From: an uncultured Bacillales bacterium
GTDB lineage: Bacteria; Bacillota_I; Bacilli_A; RFN20; CAG-288
Length of the DNA stretch: 64,000 bases
Direction of reading: 5' to 3'
NCBI GenBank assembly: GCA_937874465.1
Contig: CALNAX010000069.1
Location: 8,669 to 72,668 of the forward strand
A program made the translations under genes and the position numbers. Under the pieces are notes generated by a model, which did not search any database, was not told where the DNA came from, and saw only the letters and a program-made list of their open reading frames with translations. Of the stretch, positions 35,181-45,031 are shown piece by piece; positions within the stretch are counted from its first letter, which is position 1, and the number at the start of each line of letters is the position of its first letter.

Positions 35181-36392
35181 ATGGATCTATACCTGGGTTT
35201 GGAAAAGGATGAGCCTTTGCCTCCCGCCCTTGGGGACGGGTCCATTTTCACTTACGTGGAGAAGGAGGGGAAGGTCGCCATAAGCCCCGACCATCCCTTC
35301 AACGCCATCGACGCCGTGATCCTGGCCCGGGTCTCATACATGTCCTTCGACGGCTTGGTTCTCCCGACTTTCGGCAGTTTCGTGCGGATAAAGGAGGTGG
35401 CGCCTAAATACCTGGCCCTCTGCCAGGACGACGAGATGCGCTTCGTGATGGGCGAGGACGTCAGGCTTATGGGGCTTTTGAAGGACAGTCCCCGGTTCCA
35501 AAACCTCGAGCTGGTGGGCTTTAGGACCTCGTTCTCAAACGAGAACACGGAGCAATTCGCGGCCCTGACCATCCTTTTGCCGGATAGGACCGCCTTCGTA
35601 AGCTTTAGGGGCACGGATGGGTCCCTGAATGGCTGGCGGGAGGATTTCGATCTGGGCTTCAGGGGGGTGTTGCCTTCCGACAGGGATGCCTCCGCCTACC
35701 TCAGGGAAGCCATAAGGGCCTTCTCGCCCTATGTAATGGTAAGGGTCGGGGGCCATTCCAAGGGCGGGAATCTCGCCGCCTATGCCACCGCGACGCTTTC
35801 GCCCGGCGACAAGGAAAGGATCAAGGACATCTGGCTTTTCGATTCGCCCGGCTTCCGGCGGGACGTCTTCCTGTCTTTGCCCTACCAGGACCTGAAGGAC
35901 CGAATCCACTTCTACGCCCCCAACCAATCGATCGTGGGGATGATCCTTTACAACATCGCCCCGGCTCGGTGCGTGGCCTCCAGGAGGACCATGTTCCTCC
36001 AGCACGACGTCTACCAGTGGGGCGTCGACGGGATCGCCTTCCAGCCATCCCTTTTCGAGCCGGTGTCCTATGGGATCAAGCACATGACCATGGACATATT
36101 CGAGCAAATGGGCAATGCCCAATTGGAGCAGAGCATTGACGGGTTGTTCAACATAGTCAGGGATGAAAGGGGCGACCATTTCGGCGACCTGACCAAGAAG
36201 GTCTGGGGCAATGCCATCCAAAGCTTGCTCCTGTTCAGGAAGATCTCCCCGGAGAACCGCAAGCCCCTGATGGAAGCCTTCCTTAAGGTATACGAGAGCA
36301 TAAGGTACATCGTAAGGTCCGACAAGTCCCGCAAGGAATTGGCCAAGAAGGCCTTGAAGGAAAAAGCCCAAGAGGAACGCAAAGACAAGTAA
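35181..36392 (+). CDS. Mbeg1-like/DUF2974 alpha/beta-hydrolase (lipase-like)
   Basis: AFVSFRGTDGSLNGWREDFDL and the nucleophile elbow VGGHSKGGNLAAYA. Confidence 0.7.
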   Translation: MDLYLGLEKDEPLPPALGDGSIFTYVEKEGKVAISPDHPFNAIDAVILARVSYMSFDGLVLPTFGSFVRIKEVAPKYLALCQDDEMRFVMGEDVRLMGLLKDSPRFQNLELVGFRTSFSNENTEQFAALTILLPDRTAFVSFRGTDGSLNGWREDFDLGFRGVLPSDRDASAYLREAIRAFSPYVMVRVGGHSKGGNLAAYATATLSPGDKERIKDIWLFDSPGFRRDVFLSLPYQDLKDRIHFYAPNQSIVGMILYNIAPARCVASRRTMFLQHDVYQWGVDGIAFQPSLFEPVSYGIKHMTMDIFEQMGNAQLEQSIDGLFNIVRDERGDHFGDLTKKVWGNAIQSLLLFRKISPENRKPLMEAFLKVYESIRYIVRSDKSRKELAKKALKEKAQEERKDK

Positions 36393-36456
36393 AAGGACGG
36401 GCAGGCCAACGGTAGGTAGACTATAATCGTAGATAAAGTCAGGGGGTGTAAGGGCA

Positions 36457-37374
36457 ATGGAGTTCGACGCGAAGAAGGAGGCCTTGAAAGTCCGCCGCCG
36501 AAGGCGCCTCGCCCGCTTTTTCGGCGCAGGGCTATTGGTGGTTATGACCGCCCTGACGGTCACGTATTTCTTCCTCCCCACCGCCCGGGTCTCCAAGGAT
36601 TCCCTTAGCCTTGTGGGGAACCTGAACGGTTTGCGTAGCCAGGCTTATGACAAGGAGGACGTCCTTGAGGCCATGGGTGCCCAAGAGGGTTCCTATCTCG
36701 CCTTCCAAAGCCAGGCCGAACTGGCGCAAAACCTAACGGACGCGTGGTTCGTAAACCCCAGTTACGGTTTGACCCTGGAGGTGGACCCCTTCAACATGAC
36801 CCTGTCCTATAAAGACGTCTTTCCCTTGGCCCGGATAGAGGAGGACGGAAGCCAGGTGGTCTACCTTTCGGACGGGGAGGCCCTCTCTGGGGAAAGCGAA
36901 CGGGCCCTAAAGGCCCGCGAGGCCTACCCGTCATATGTCGATGTCGCCTCCTTGGTCAGTCAATCCCTGCCCCTTTTCGTGCCGGAAAGCAGCGACCGAC
37001 TATCCTCGGGACTGGTGGGGTTGGCCTTGCTGGACCCGGAGGCCTTGGCCTCGACCTTCCTTTTGGCCGTGAGGGATGACGGGAGCCAGTATTTCCTCTA
37101 CTACAACCTTCCCGAAAGCGACGGCGACTACCTTCCCCTGCGGATCAGGCTTCTGCACGAGGATCTGGAAAACCTCAAGCAGGCCAGCATGGTAGCGGTG
37201 GTCGGGGAGAAGGTGGGCCAAGCCAGCCAGGGATCGTCGGGACATGTGCCGGTGACCGATTCCGCCCTTCCCTCTTCGGTCTCGGTTAGTTCATACTATC
37301 AAGTCGTGTTCAAGCGCAACGATACGCCCAGCGGCCGGTACGTGGTCAACTGGGACGACGGACAGGGGAACTGA
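36457..37374 (+). CDS. single-pass membrane protein in the FtsQ/DivIB position
   Basis: Basic N-terminus (RRRRRLARFF) followed by one TM (GAGLLVVMTALTVTYFFL). It lies immediately upstream of ftsA with a 2-nt gap. No sequence motif confirms a POTRA domain. Confidence 0.4.
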   Translation: MEFDAKKEALKVRRRRRLARFFGAGLLVVMTALTVTYFFLPTARVSKDSLSLVGNLNGLRSQAYDKEDVLEAMGAQEGSYLAFQSQAELAQNLTDAWFVNPSYGLTLEVDPFNMTLSYKDVFPLARIEEDGSQVVYLSDGEALSGESERALKAREAYPSYVDVASLVSQSLPLFVPESSDRLSSGLVGLALLDPEALASTFLLAVRDDGSQYFLYYNLPESDGDYLPLRIRLLHEDLENLKQASMVAVVGEKVGQASQGSSGHVPVTDSALPSSVSVSSYYQVVFKRNDTPSGRYVVNWDDGQGN

Positions 37375-37376
37375 AA

Positions 37377-38552
37377 ATGGCAGTGGGACAGTTTGACGCG
37401 GTAGCGGCGCTATCGCCATCGGGCGTTAGGTTGGTCTGTGGCTACGTCAAGGATGGCCAGACCTATGTTCTGGATTCCCTCTTCGCCCCCGGCAAAGTCT
37501 TCTCCGGGGCGAAGATAATCGACACCGAGGGGGTGGCACGGCTTTTGCGGATCGTGGTCGATGACGCCAGCAAGGATTTGAAGACCCCCATAAGGGCCCT
37601 TGCGGCCATCGTGCCGCCTTTCGGGTTGGATACACTCAAGGAAGAGAGCCGGACCTCCACGGTCGGGGAATCGGTGACCGAGGTGGACGGGCTAAACTGC
37701 ATGGGCATAATCGCCAAGAAGCTTTCCGAATCCCAGGCCAAGCGGCTTTTGGGCATTTTGCCCTACGAGTACTCCATCGAGGCCAACCAGGCCATGGACC
37801 ATTTCCCCAAGGGCTTCCCGGCTACCGAACTGGGGGTCAAGGCCCAGGTGGCGTTGGCCGACGAGGGCGTTCTTGATTCGGTCAGGGAGGTGTTCGCCAA
37901 GGCCGGGGTGGGCCTGGCGCTGGTTTTGCCCTCCACCTTGGCCGTGGCCCGCTATCTTCGCAATGCCCAGGGCCTTCCCCCCTCCTATCTCCTCTTGGAC
38001 CTTGGCAGCCAGGTCTCTTCCTGCTCCTTCGTCCAGGGCGGTCAGGTGATCGAGACCGATTTGTCCTTCTTCGGTGGCAACAACCTCACCCAGGCCATCG
38101 CCAAGACCTTCCACCTGGACCGGGAGGAGGCCGAGAGGTACAAGAAGACCTTCGGCATCTCCGCTGATCCCTCCTTCGGGTACAAGACGCCCTCCGGCTT
38201 CACCCAAGGCGAGCTTTCCCGCGTCATCAAGTCCTCCCTGACGCCGCTGATGGAATTGGTTGGTAGAATTGAGACGGCGGTTTCCATAGAGCAGCAGAAG
38301 GGCCTGGTAACCACCGGCGGGGCCAGCAACCTCAACGGACTGTCCAAATGGCTCTCCGACAACCTGGGGAAGGACGTGTATGCCCTGGCGGTGCCCAATC
38401 CGGGCGCCCGCTACCGCGGCGACGTGGACCTTTTGGGCGGGTTGCTGGAGATGGAAGACATGCGGTGGATGCTGCTTAGGAGGGAGACCCATGCGGGAAT
38501 CCTCAGGAGACGGAGCGAAGGCGACAAGGAAGACGGAAGCGGCAAGGAGTGA
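37377..38552 (+). CDS. ftsA: cell-division protein FtsA (actin-like ATPase)
   Basis: Position upstream of ftsZ and actin-fold phosphate/adenosine motifs (LLLDLGSQVSS, VTTGGASNLNGLSKWL); 391 aa. Confidence 0.8.
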   Translation: MAVGQFDAVAALSPSGVRLVCGYVKDGQTYVLDSLFAPGKVFSGAKIIDTEGVARLLRIVVDDASKDLKTPIRALAAIVPPFGLDTLKEESRTSTVGESVTEVDGLNCMGIIAKKLSESQAKRLLGILPYEYSIEANQAMDHFPKGFPATELGVKAQVALADEGVLDSVREVFAKAGVGLALVLPSTLAVARYLRNAQGLPPSYLLLDLGSQVSSCSFVQGGQVIETDLSFFGGNNLTQAIAKTFHLDREEAERYKKTFGISADPSFGYKTPSGFTQGELSRVIKSSLTPLMELVGRIETAVSIEQQKGLVTTGGASNLNGLSKWLSDNLGKDVYALAVPNPGARYRGDVDLLGGLLEMEDMRWMLLRRETHAGILRRRSEGDKEDGSGKE

Positions 38553-38558
38553 GCAACA

Positions 38559-40655
38559 ATGGCTAACGAAACGGAAGCGGGACAGGTAAGCCCCAAGGAC
38601 CGTCAGGTCCCACAGATCAAGTTCGACAACGAGGCGGTCACCTCGACCAAGGCCAAGATTTTGGTTATCGGCGTGGGCGGGGCCGGCTGCAATGCCGTGA
38701 ACCGGATGATCGAGGACGGTGTCAGCGACGTCACCTTCTGCACCGCCAATACCGATGCCCAGGCCCTGTCCCTGTCCAAGGCCCCCATAAGGATCCTCTT
38801 GGGGAAGGAACTGACCCACGGATTGGGAGCCGGAGGTCAGCCCGAAGTCGGCAAGGAGGCGGCCGAGAAGACCCTGCCGGTCCTAAAGAAGCTCATGGCC
38901 GATCAGGACATGGTGTTCGTGGCGGCCGGCATGGGCGGGGGGACCGGCACCGGCGGGGCGCCGGTGATCGCCAAGGCCGCCCATGACGGCGGGGCGTTGA
39001 CCGTGGCCGTGGTGACCAAGCCGTTCAACTTCGAGGGGAAGCTAAGGATGACCCATGCGGCCCAGGGCATAAGCGAGCTGAGCCACTGCGTGGATTCCTT
39101 CATCGTGGTGTCTAACGACAAGCTGATGCTGACTCATGGGGACATGAGTTCCATGGAGGCCTTTGCGGAATCGGACCGTACCCTGTCTAGGACCGTCAGC
39201 ACCATTTCCGACCTGATCAACAAGCCCGGCTACATAAACCTGGACTTCGCCGACGTCAAGTCGACCCTTAAAGGCTCCGGCCTTTCGGTCATCGGCTTTG
39301 GCCAGGCCAGCGGGGAGAACAAGATCCAGGAGGCGGTCCGAAAGGCCATCTCCTCGCCCCTCCTGGAGGCTTCGGTCAAAGGGGCCGGAAAGCTTTTGGT
39401 CAACATCACCAATTCCAAGGAAGTCAGCATGAAGGATGTCGGCAAGACCGTCGATTTCATAAACGAGACCTCCGGCAAGACCGACAACGTGATCTTCGGG
39501 GCCATGTATGACCCAAGTCTTAAGGACACCATCAGGGTGGCCGTAATCGCCACGGCCTTCAACCTCGGCCCGACCGCCTTGGAGAAGGAAGGCGACGCGA
39601 ATGGTTCCAAGGCCCTTGGGGGAAACCCGATTGCCAACGGTGAGGGCAAGGAGGACCAAGTGCTTCCCGGATTCCTCCAAGCCCTTTTGGGCAGTGGGAA
39701 GATCCCCCCGGTGGGAAAGGCGAACGAAGATGCAGCCAAGAAGGCCAAGCAGGACCAGGACCAACTAAGGCAGGCCAACGACAAAAACGCGGCCCTCGAA
39801 AGGGAGCTGGCTTCCCAAAAGGCCCAAGTGGACGGACTGAACAGGGAACTGGCCCTCCTCAAGGAATCCAATGCCAAGCTGGGGCGCGAAAACGGGGAGC
39901 TGGAGAAGGCCAAGAACGACTTGGAATCCCAGGTCCAGTCCCTTCCCGAGCTTAGGCAGAGCCTTTCCGACGAGGACAGCGAGAAGGAGAGCCTCCAGAC
40001 CAAGATAAGCGCCTACGAGAACAAGATCTCGGACCTGAACCTGGAACTGGAGTCGGCCCGAAACGATTTGGCGGCGGCCCAAGGCCATGGCTCGGACCTG
40101 GCAAGCCTGTTGGGAACGGCCAACGCCAAGGTCGATAGCCTCAATTCCCGTCTGGAAAGCCTGGCCAAGGAGAACGAAGGCCTGAAGGCCCAAACGAATC
40201 AGTCCTCCGGCCTTTTAGGCCAGCTCAGGCAGGCCGAGGCCCAAAAGGATTCCCTGTTAGGGGAACTGACCAAGATCAAGGCCGAACTGGCCCAAAGCGA
40301 GACACAGAAGGCCGAGCTGTCCAAGCAGGTGAAGGAAAACGCGGATGAGATAGCGGCCTTGAGGGCCCAGGCGGAGAAGCTTAACGGGGCCGTGGATACC
40401 TACCAGAAGCGTGGGGACAGCTACCAGGCCCGCCTCAGGGTCTCCCTTAAGACCAACCAGGAACTTGCCGAAAGGCTTTCCGCGCAGGTCCAAAGGGCCG
40501 AAAGCTACCAGGCACGCTTGCGCCTAAGCCTTGCCAAGGTCCAAGAGATTGAGGGCGAAAGGGACGGGAAGGAAGAAGGAGACGACGAGCCGAACGACGA
40601 GTCCGACGACTTGGCCAAGAGCCTCTTGGCCAAGTTGGGTCAAGGCGGCAAGTGA
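38559..40655 (+). CDS. ftsZ: cell-division GTPase FtsZ with a long C-terminal coiled-coil extension
   Basis: GVGGAGCNAVNRM, tubulin signature GMGGGTGTGGAPVIA and NLDFADV. The core ends near residue 340. A CTC-like VLPGFLQALL lies near residue 370. About 320 further residues are heptad-rich. Confidence 0.95.
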   Translation: MANETEAGQVSPKDRQVPQIKFDNEAVTSTKAKILVIGVGGAGCNAVNRMIEDGVSDVTFCTANTDAQALSLSKAPIRILLGKELTHGLGAGGQPEVGKEAAEKTLPVLKKLMADQDMVFVAAGMGGGTGTGGAPVIAKAAHDGGALTVAVVTKPFNFEGKLRMTHAAQGISELSHCVDSFIVVSNDKLMLTHGDMSSMEAFAESDRTLSRTVSTISDLINKPGYINLDFADVKSTLKGSGLSVIGFGQASGENKIQEAVRKAISSPLLEASVKGAGKLLVNITNSKEVSMKDVGKTVDFINETSGKTDNVIFGAMYDPSLKDTIRVAVIATAFNLGPTALEKEGDANGSKALGGNPIANGEGKEDQVLPGFLQALLGSGKIPPVGKANEDAAKKAKQDQDQLRQANDKNAALERELASQKAQVDGLNRELALLKESNAKLGRENGELEKAKNDLESQVQSLPELRQSLSDEDSEKESLQTKISAYENKISDLNLELESARNDLAAAQGHGSDLASLLGTANAKVDSLNSRLESLAKENEGLKAQTNQSSGLLGQLRQAEAQKDSLLGELTKIKAELAQSETQKAELSKQVKENADEIAALRAQAEKLNGAVDTYQKRGDSYQARLRVSLKTNQELAERLSAQVQRAESYQARLRLSLAKVQEIEGERDGKEEGDDEPNDESDDLAKSLLAKLGQGGK

Positions 40656-40678
40656 TTGCGGAAATGGGAGGAACGGAT

Positions 40679-41692
40679 ATGGAAGAAAGCGATGAAAAGT
40701 TGGTGGCGGCGGCCAAGGACGAAGCCCAAAAGGCCCAGGACGGGCCCGCGCTGGAGAAGGCCAAGGCCCTCTTCCTTGGCAAGAAGGGACCTTTGACGGC
40801 CGAGTTTTCCAAGATCAGGGACCTTCCCGTTTCCGAAAAGAAGGCCTATGGCCAGAGGATGAACGTCCTCAAGGATGCCATAGCCCAGGCGTTCGACCAA
40901 CGCCAAAGGGAGCTGGAGGGCCAACAGCTGGCCAGGCGGCTGGCCAAGGAGAAGGTGGACATCACCTTGCCGGCCCATGGCCCGATCCGGGGCAGTGCCC
41001 ATCCCTTCTACAAGATAGTCGACCTTTTGACCCGCTTCTTCGTGGGCTATGGCTACACCGTGAAGGACGGTCCGGAAGTGGAGAGCGACTATTTCAACTT
41101 CGAGTGCTTGAACATCCCCAAGGACCATCCGGCCCGGGACATGCAGGATTCCTTCTTCATCGGGGATGGCCTGCTATTGCGGTCGCACACTTCCCCCGTC
41201 CAGGCCCGCACCATGCAGGACAAGAACGAGAAGCCGCCTTTCAAGATCATTTGCCCGGGCAAGGTGTATAGGCGGGACAACGACGCGACCCACTCCCATC
41301 AGTTCGGCCAGATCGAGGGGCTGGTGGTCGGCAAGGACGTCACCTTGGCTAACCTTACCAAGACCTTGACCGACATGTTCAAGTACCTGTTCGGCCCCAA
41401 GGCGGAGGTTCGCTTCCGTCCGTCGTTCTTCCCCTTCACCGAGCCGTCAATCGAGTGCGACGTCTCCTGGGACGAGGGCAACGGGAAGCCCCGGGAATGG
41501 CTGGAGGTGTTGGGGGCGGGAATGGTCAACCCAAACGTGTTCCGCCTCAACGGACTCGATCCCGACCAATGGCAGGGCTTCGCCTTCGGCATCGGGATCG
41601 AGCGGATGGCGATGCTCCTCTATGGCATCGATGACATCCACCGTTTCTATCAGGACGACGTGCCGTTCTTGAAGCAGTTCTCTAAGGAGTGA
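40679..41692 (+). CDS. pheS: phenylalanine--tRNA ligase alpha subunit
   Basis: LGKKGPLT, class II motifs (RSHTSPVQ, FRPSFFPFTEPS, GAGMVNPNV). ATG 40679 follows GGGAGGA. Confidence 0.95.
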   Translation: MEESDEKLVAAAKDEAQKAQDGPALEKAKALFLGKKGPLTAEFSKIRDLPVSEKKAYGQRMNVLKDAIAQAFDQRQRELEGQQLARRLAKEKVDITLPAHGPIRGSAHPFYKIVDLLTRFFVGYGYTVKDGPEVESDYFNFECLNIPKDHPARDMQDSFFIGDGLLLRSHTSPVQARTMQDKNEKPPFKIICPGKVYRRDNDATHSHQFGQIEGLVVGKDVTLANLTKTLTDMFKYLFGPKAEVRFRPSFFPFTEPSIECDVSWDEGNGKPREWLEVLGAGMVNPNVFRLNGLDPDQWQGFAFGIGIERMAMLLYGIDDIHRFYQDDVPFLKQFSKE

Positions 41693-41700
41693 GCGGAAAA

Positions 41701-44073
41701 ATGCAATTCTCGTATAATCTTTTGTCTGAATTGGTCGACCTTTCCGGCCTGACCCCGGCCAAGGTGGTGGATCGCCTTACCTTCGCGGGTTTCGAGGTGG
41801 AGGGGGTGAAGGAGGCGACCAGGGCCGACAAGGTGGTCTCGGGCCATGTGGTTTCCTGTGTCCCCCATCCCGATTCCGATCACCTGCATGTCCTTAAGGT
41901 CGATCTGGGGCCCAAGTACGGGGTCTCCCAGATCGTCTGCGGGGCTCCAAACGTAAAGGCCGGGATGAACGTGATCGTGGCCTTGCCAGGGTGCGACCTG
42001 CCTGTCCTGGGGGAGAAGATCAAGAAGAGCGTCATAAGGGGCCAGGAATCCAACGGCATGTGCTGTGCCCTTTACGAATTGGGCCTTCCCAAGGAAGTCT
42101 TGCCCAAGGAGGAAACGGAGGGCATCCATGATCTGGGGGCGGACTACCGGCCCGGTGATGAACAGGTCCTGGCCCATCTGGGCCTGGAAGATACCCTCTT
42201 GGAAGTAAACGTGTTGCCCAACAGGCCCGATTGCTACTGCTACGTCGGTTTGGCCAGGGAACTTGGCGCCTTGCTCGACAGGAAGGCGAAACCGGTGGAA
42301 GGCGTGGACCTTTCCGCCCTTCCCGATGCGTTCCCGGCCAGGATCCAGACCAAGGACGTGGCCCGGTTCGACCTCTTGGGTGCCACTTTGGGCCCCAAGG
42401 TCGATTCAGCGGTGGCCCTGAGGATCAAGAGGTGGCTTTGGCTGTCCGGCCTCCATTCCGTTTCCCCCTTGGTCGACCTTGGCAATTTCGTGATGCTGTT
42501 GACGGGCCAGCCCTTCCACATCTATGACCTCGACAAGACCGACACCCAAGGCCTTTGGGCCAAGGAAGGCTACCAAGGTCCGTTCCGGGCTTTGGACGGC
42601 AAGACCTATGGTGTGGAAAGGGAAGACATCGTGATCGCCGACGACAAGGGGGAGCCGCTTTGCCTGGGCGGGGTCATGGGCGGCATGAAGACCATGGACG
42701 GCCCGAGGACCCAAAGGGTTGCCATCGAGGCGGCATGCTTCTACCACGTGAACATCCGCCATACCTGCGCCCGGCTCGGCCTTTCGTCGGGCTCCTCGGC
42801 CCTTTTTGCCAAGGGGGTCAATCCCCGTTTGGCCGACAAGGCGGAGTCCGTCTTCGCCCATTGGCTCAAGTCGGTCTTCCCAGCCGCGAGCCTGACCTCA
42901 TTCGCCACCAGCGGCGAAAGGCCCTTGCCCAACAAGCCCTTCGCCTTCTCCTTGGCCAAGCTCAATCACCGCCTGGGCACCGCCTATACCCAAGAGGAGG
43001 TGGACAGGGTGCTGAAAGCCTACCAGGTCGTAGCCCAGGACGGAGGCCGGTTGGTCGCCCCCTGGTGGCGCGTCGACCTCAACGAGCAGGCCGACATCGA
43101 CGAGGAGGTGTTCCGCTTCTATCCGGCCAACAGGGTTCCCCTCAGCTACGATGGCTTGCCCCTGACCGAAGGCGGGCTATCAGAGACCCAGCTCATGACC
43201 GAGAAGACGAGGGACTTCCTCCAGGGTCTGGGACTTAGCGAGATCTTGACCTTCACCTTGGTCGACGAGAAGGAGAGCAAGGCCATACGGGTCTTCGACG
43301 ATGGCGATGCCTATCGCATCCAAAACCCCCTGACCAAGGACCATGAATACGTGAGGGTCGACCTTTTGCCTTCCTTGGTGGCGGCCATGGAGCGCAACAT
43401 CGCCCGCAAGCACGAGGACCTGGCCTTCTACGAGATCAGCTCCATCGACACCAAGAAGGGCGTGAGGCGCTTCCTCTCGTTCGGCTTCAATGGCAACAGG
43501 CCCGATCAGGGGCTTTATGGCGCCAGGGCCTATGACTTCTTCGACCTCAAGGCGGTCGTCACCGGCCTTCTGGCCCTGTTTGGCATCCACCAAAGCCGGG
43601 TCAGGCTGATCCCCAGCGTCAATCCCTCCTTCCATCCGGGAAAGGCGGCCGACCTGTTTTTGGGCAAGCAGCCGTTGGGGACCTTCGGCGCCTTGAACCC
43701 CAAGGCCTTCCCCAAGGAGTACCTTGTGGGTGAGATCGACTTGGGGGCCCTGGAGGAGATAAGGACCGGCAAGGCCAAGTTCGTGCCCTTCGGCCAGTAT
43801 CCCACCGTCAGGAGGGACCTTTCGTTCACCTTGGCCGGACCGGTCGACTACCAGCAGATCGCCCTCACGGCCCAAAGGGCCTCCAAGGGCCTTTTGAAGG
43901 ACGTGGAGCTATTCGACTACTACGTCGAGCCCAAGACCGCGGCCAAGTCCTTGGGCATCGCCTTGTTCTTGGGGGCCGATGACCATACCCTTACGGACAA
44001 GGAGACGGATGGCGAGGTGGCCGCGATACTCACGGCCCTGATCGCGAAGCTGCCCTTGGTGGCCAAGAAGTGA
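41701..44073 (+). CDS. pheT: phenylalanine--tRNA ligase beta subunit
   Basis: MQFSYNLLSELVDL start, a tRNA-binding OB domain (HPDSDHLHVLKVDLG), B3/4 and B5 regions, and a C-terminal FDX-ACB-like domain. Confidence 0.95.
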   Translation: MQFSYNLLSELVDLSGLTPAKVVDRLTFAGFEVEGVKEATRADKVVSGHVVSCVPHPDSDHLHVLKVDLGPKYGVSQIVCGAPNVKAGMNVIVALPGCDLPVLGEKIKKSVIRGQESNGMCCALYELGLPKEVLPKEETEGIHDLGADYRPGDEQVLAHLGLEDTLLEVNVLPNRPDCYCYVGLARELGALLDRKAKPVEGVDLSALPDAFPARIQTKDVARFDLLGATLGPKVDSAVALRIKRWLWLSGLHSVSPLVDLGNFVMLLTGQPFHIYDLDKTDTQGLWAKEGYQGPFRALDGKTYGVEREDIVIADDKGEPLCLGGVMGGMKTMDGPRTQRVAIEAACFYHVNIRHTCARLGLSSGSSALFAKGVNPRLADKAESVFAHWLKSVFPAASLTSFATSGERPLPNKPFAFSLAKLNHRLGTAYTQEEVDRVLKAYQVVAQDGGRLVAPWWRVDLNEQADIDEEVFRFYPANRVPLSYDGLPLTEGGLSETQLMTEKTRDFLQGLGLSEILTFTLVDEKESKAIRVFDDGDAYRIQNPLTKDHEYVRVDLLPSLVAAMERNIARKHEDLAFYEISSIDTKKGVRRFLSFGFNGNRPDQGLYGARAYDFFDLKAVVTGLLALFGIHQSRVRLIPSVNPSFHPGKAADLFLGKQPLGTFGALNPKAFPKEYLVGEIDLGALEEIRTGKAKFVPFGQYPTVRRDLSFTLAGPVDYQQIALTAQRASKGLLKDVELFDYYVEPKTAAKSLGIALFLGADDHTLTDKETDGEVAAILTALIAKLPLVAKK

Positions 44074-44080
44074 GGCGCTG

Positions 44081-45031
44081 ATGGCTAACGGTTCTTTCGA
44101 GTACGCCCTGCCGAGCGCTACCTATGTCGACATTCCCGATCCTTTGGACAAGATCGCCTTCGTCTCCCATAACTGCTATCAGGTGTCGCTTAAATCCCAC
44201 GGGGAGAATGCCACTTTCGTGGGTCAGCTGGTGACCAACCGCCATCTGGCCATGGCGGAACACTATGTCTTCACGGCCTTGGCCTCCCCCTTCCTCTTGG
44301 ACCCGCTTAGGAAGTTCAACTCGCCCTTCATCCGCTTCGATCCCTACCAGGGCCAACTCCTCCTTTCCTATTCCATAAGGCCCTTGATCGAGAATGCGAC
44401 CAATCCGGATCCCGAGGCCCATAAGGTCATCTCCGCCCTTACTCTGGCCCTGCCCCAGGAGTGCCAAAGGCTGGTACCCCAAAGCGTGGGCATGGCCTCC
44501 CCCTTCGCGGTCAAGCCGGTGGACGACGGTTTCGTCAGCGCCCTAGGGGAGCCTCTGCGCGACAGGCACCGGTTCGTGACCTACGCCCTGGAGACCGATC
44601 GGGGCGTGACCCATGAGCTGGTCCGCCATCGCCTCTGCTCCTTCGCCCAGGAGTCGACCCGCTACTGCAACTATTCCCGGAATCGCTTCGGGGACAAGAT
44701 AACCATCATCAAGCCCTTGGACTATGTCGGGCGGGAGGCGCTTTACGACCAGGCCTTCCAGCAGGCGGCGGAGAGCTATTTCGCCCTCTTGAAGGCCGGG
44801 GCCCTGGCCCAGCAGGCCCGGGCGGTGCTGCCCAATGGGCTCAGGGCCAAGCTGGTAATATCGACCTATATGGACGAATGGCGCCACATCTTCGACCTTA
44901 GGTTGGCTCACGATGCCCACCCGGAAGCCCGAAGGGTCTTGTGGTTGGTCGAGAAGGACATGGAGAGACGGGGCTTTTTGCCCGCCGGAAGCTACAAGGA
45001 GGACGATTTATGTCCAAGGAAAGGCCTGTGA
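44081..45031 (+). CDS. thyX: flavin-dependent thymidylate synthase ThyX (long form)
   Basis: ThyX motif RHRLCSFAQESTRY and a downstream RAVLPNGLRAKL...WRHIFDLR. At 316 aa it is longer than canonical ThyX enzymes. Confidence 0.8.
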   Translation: MANGSFEYALPSATYVDIPDPLDKIAFVSHNCYQVSLKSHGENATFVGQLVTNRHLAMAEHYVFTALASPFLLDPLRKFNSPFIRFDPYQGQLLLSYSIRPLIENATNPDPEAHKVISALTLALPQECQRLVPQSVGMASPFAVKPVDDGFVSALGEPLRDRHRFVTYALETDRGVTHELVRHRLCSFAQESTRYCNYSRNRFGDKITIIKPLDYVGREALYDQAFQQAAESYFALLKAGALAQQARAVLPNGLRAKLVISTYMDEWRHIFDLRLAHDAHPEARRVLWLVEKDMERRGFLPAGSYKEDDLCPRKGL

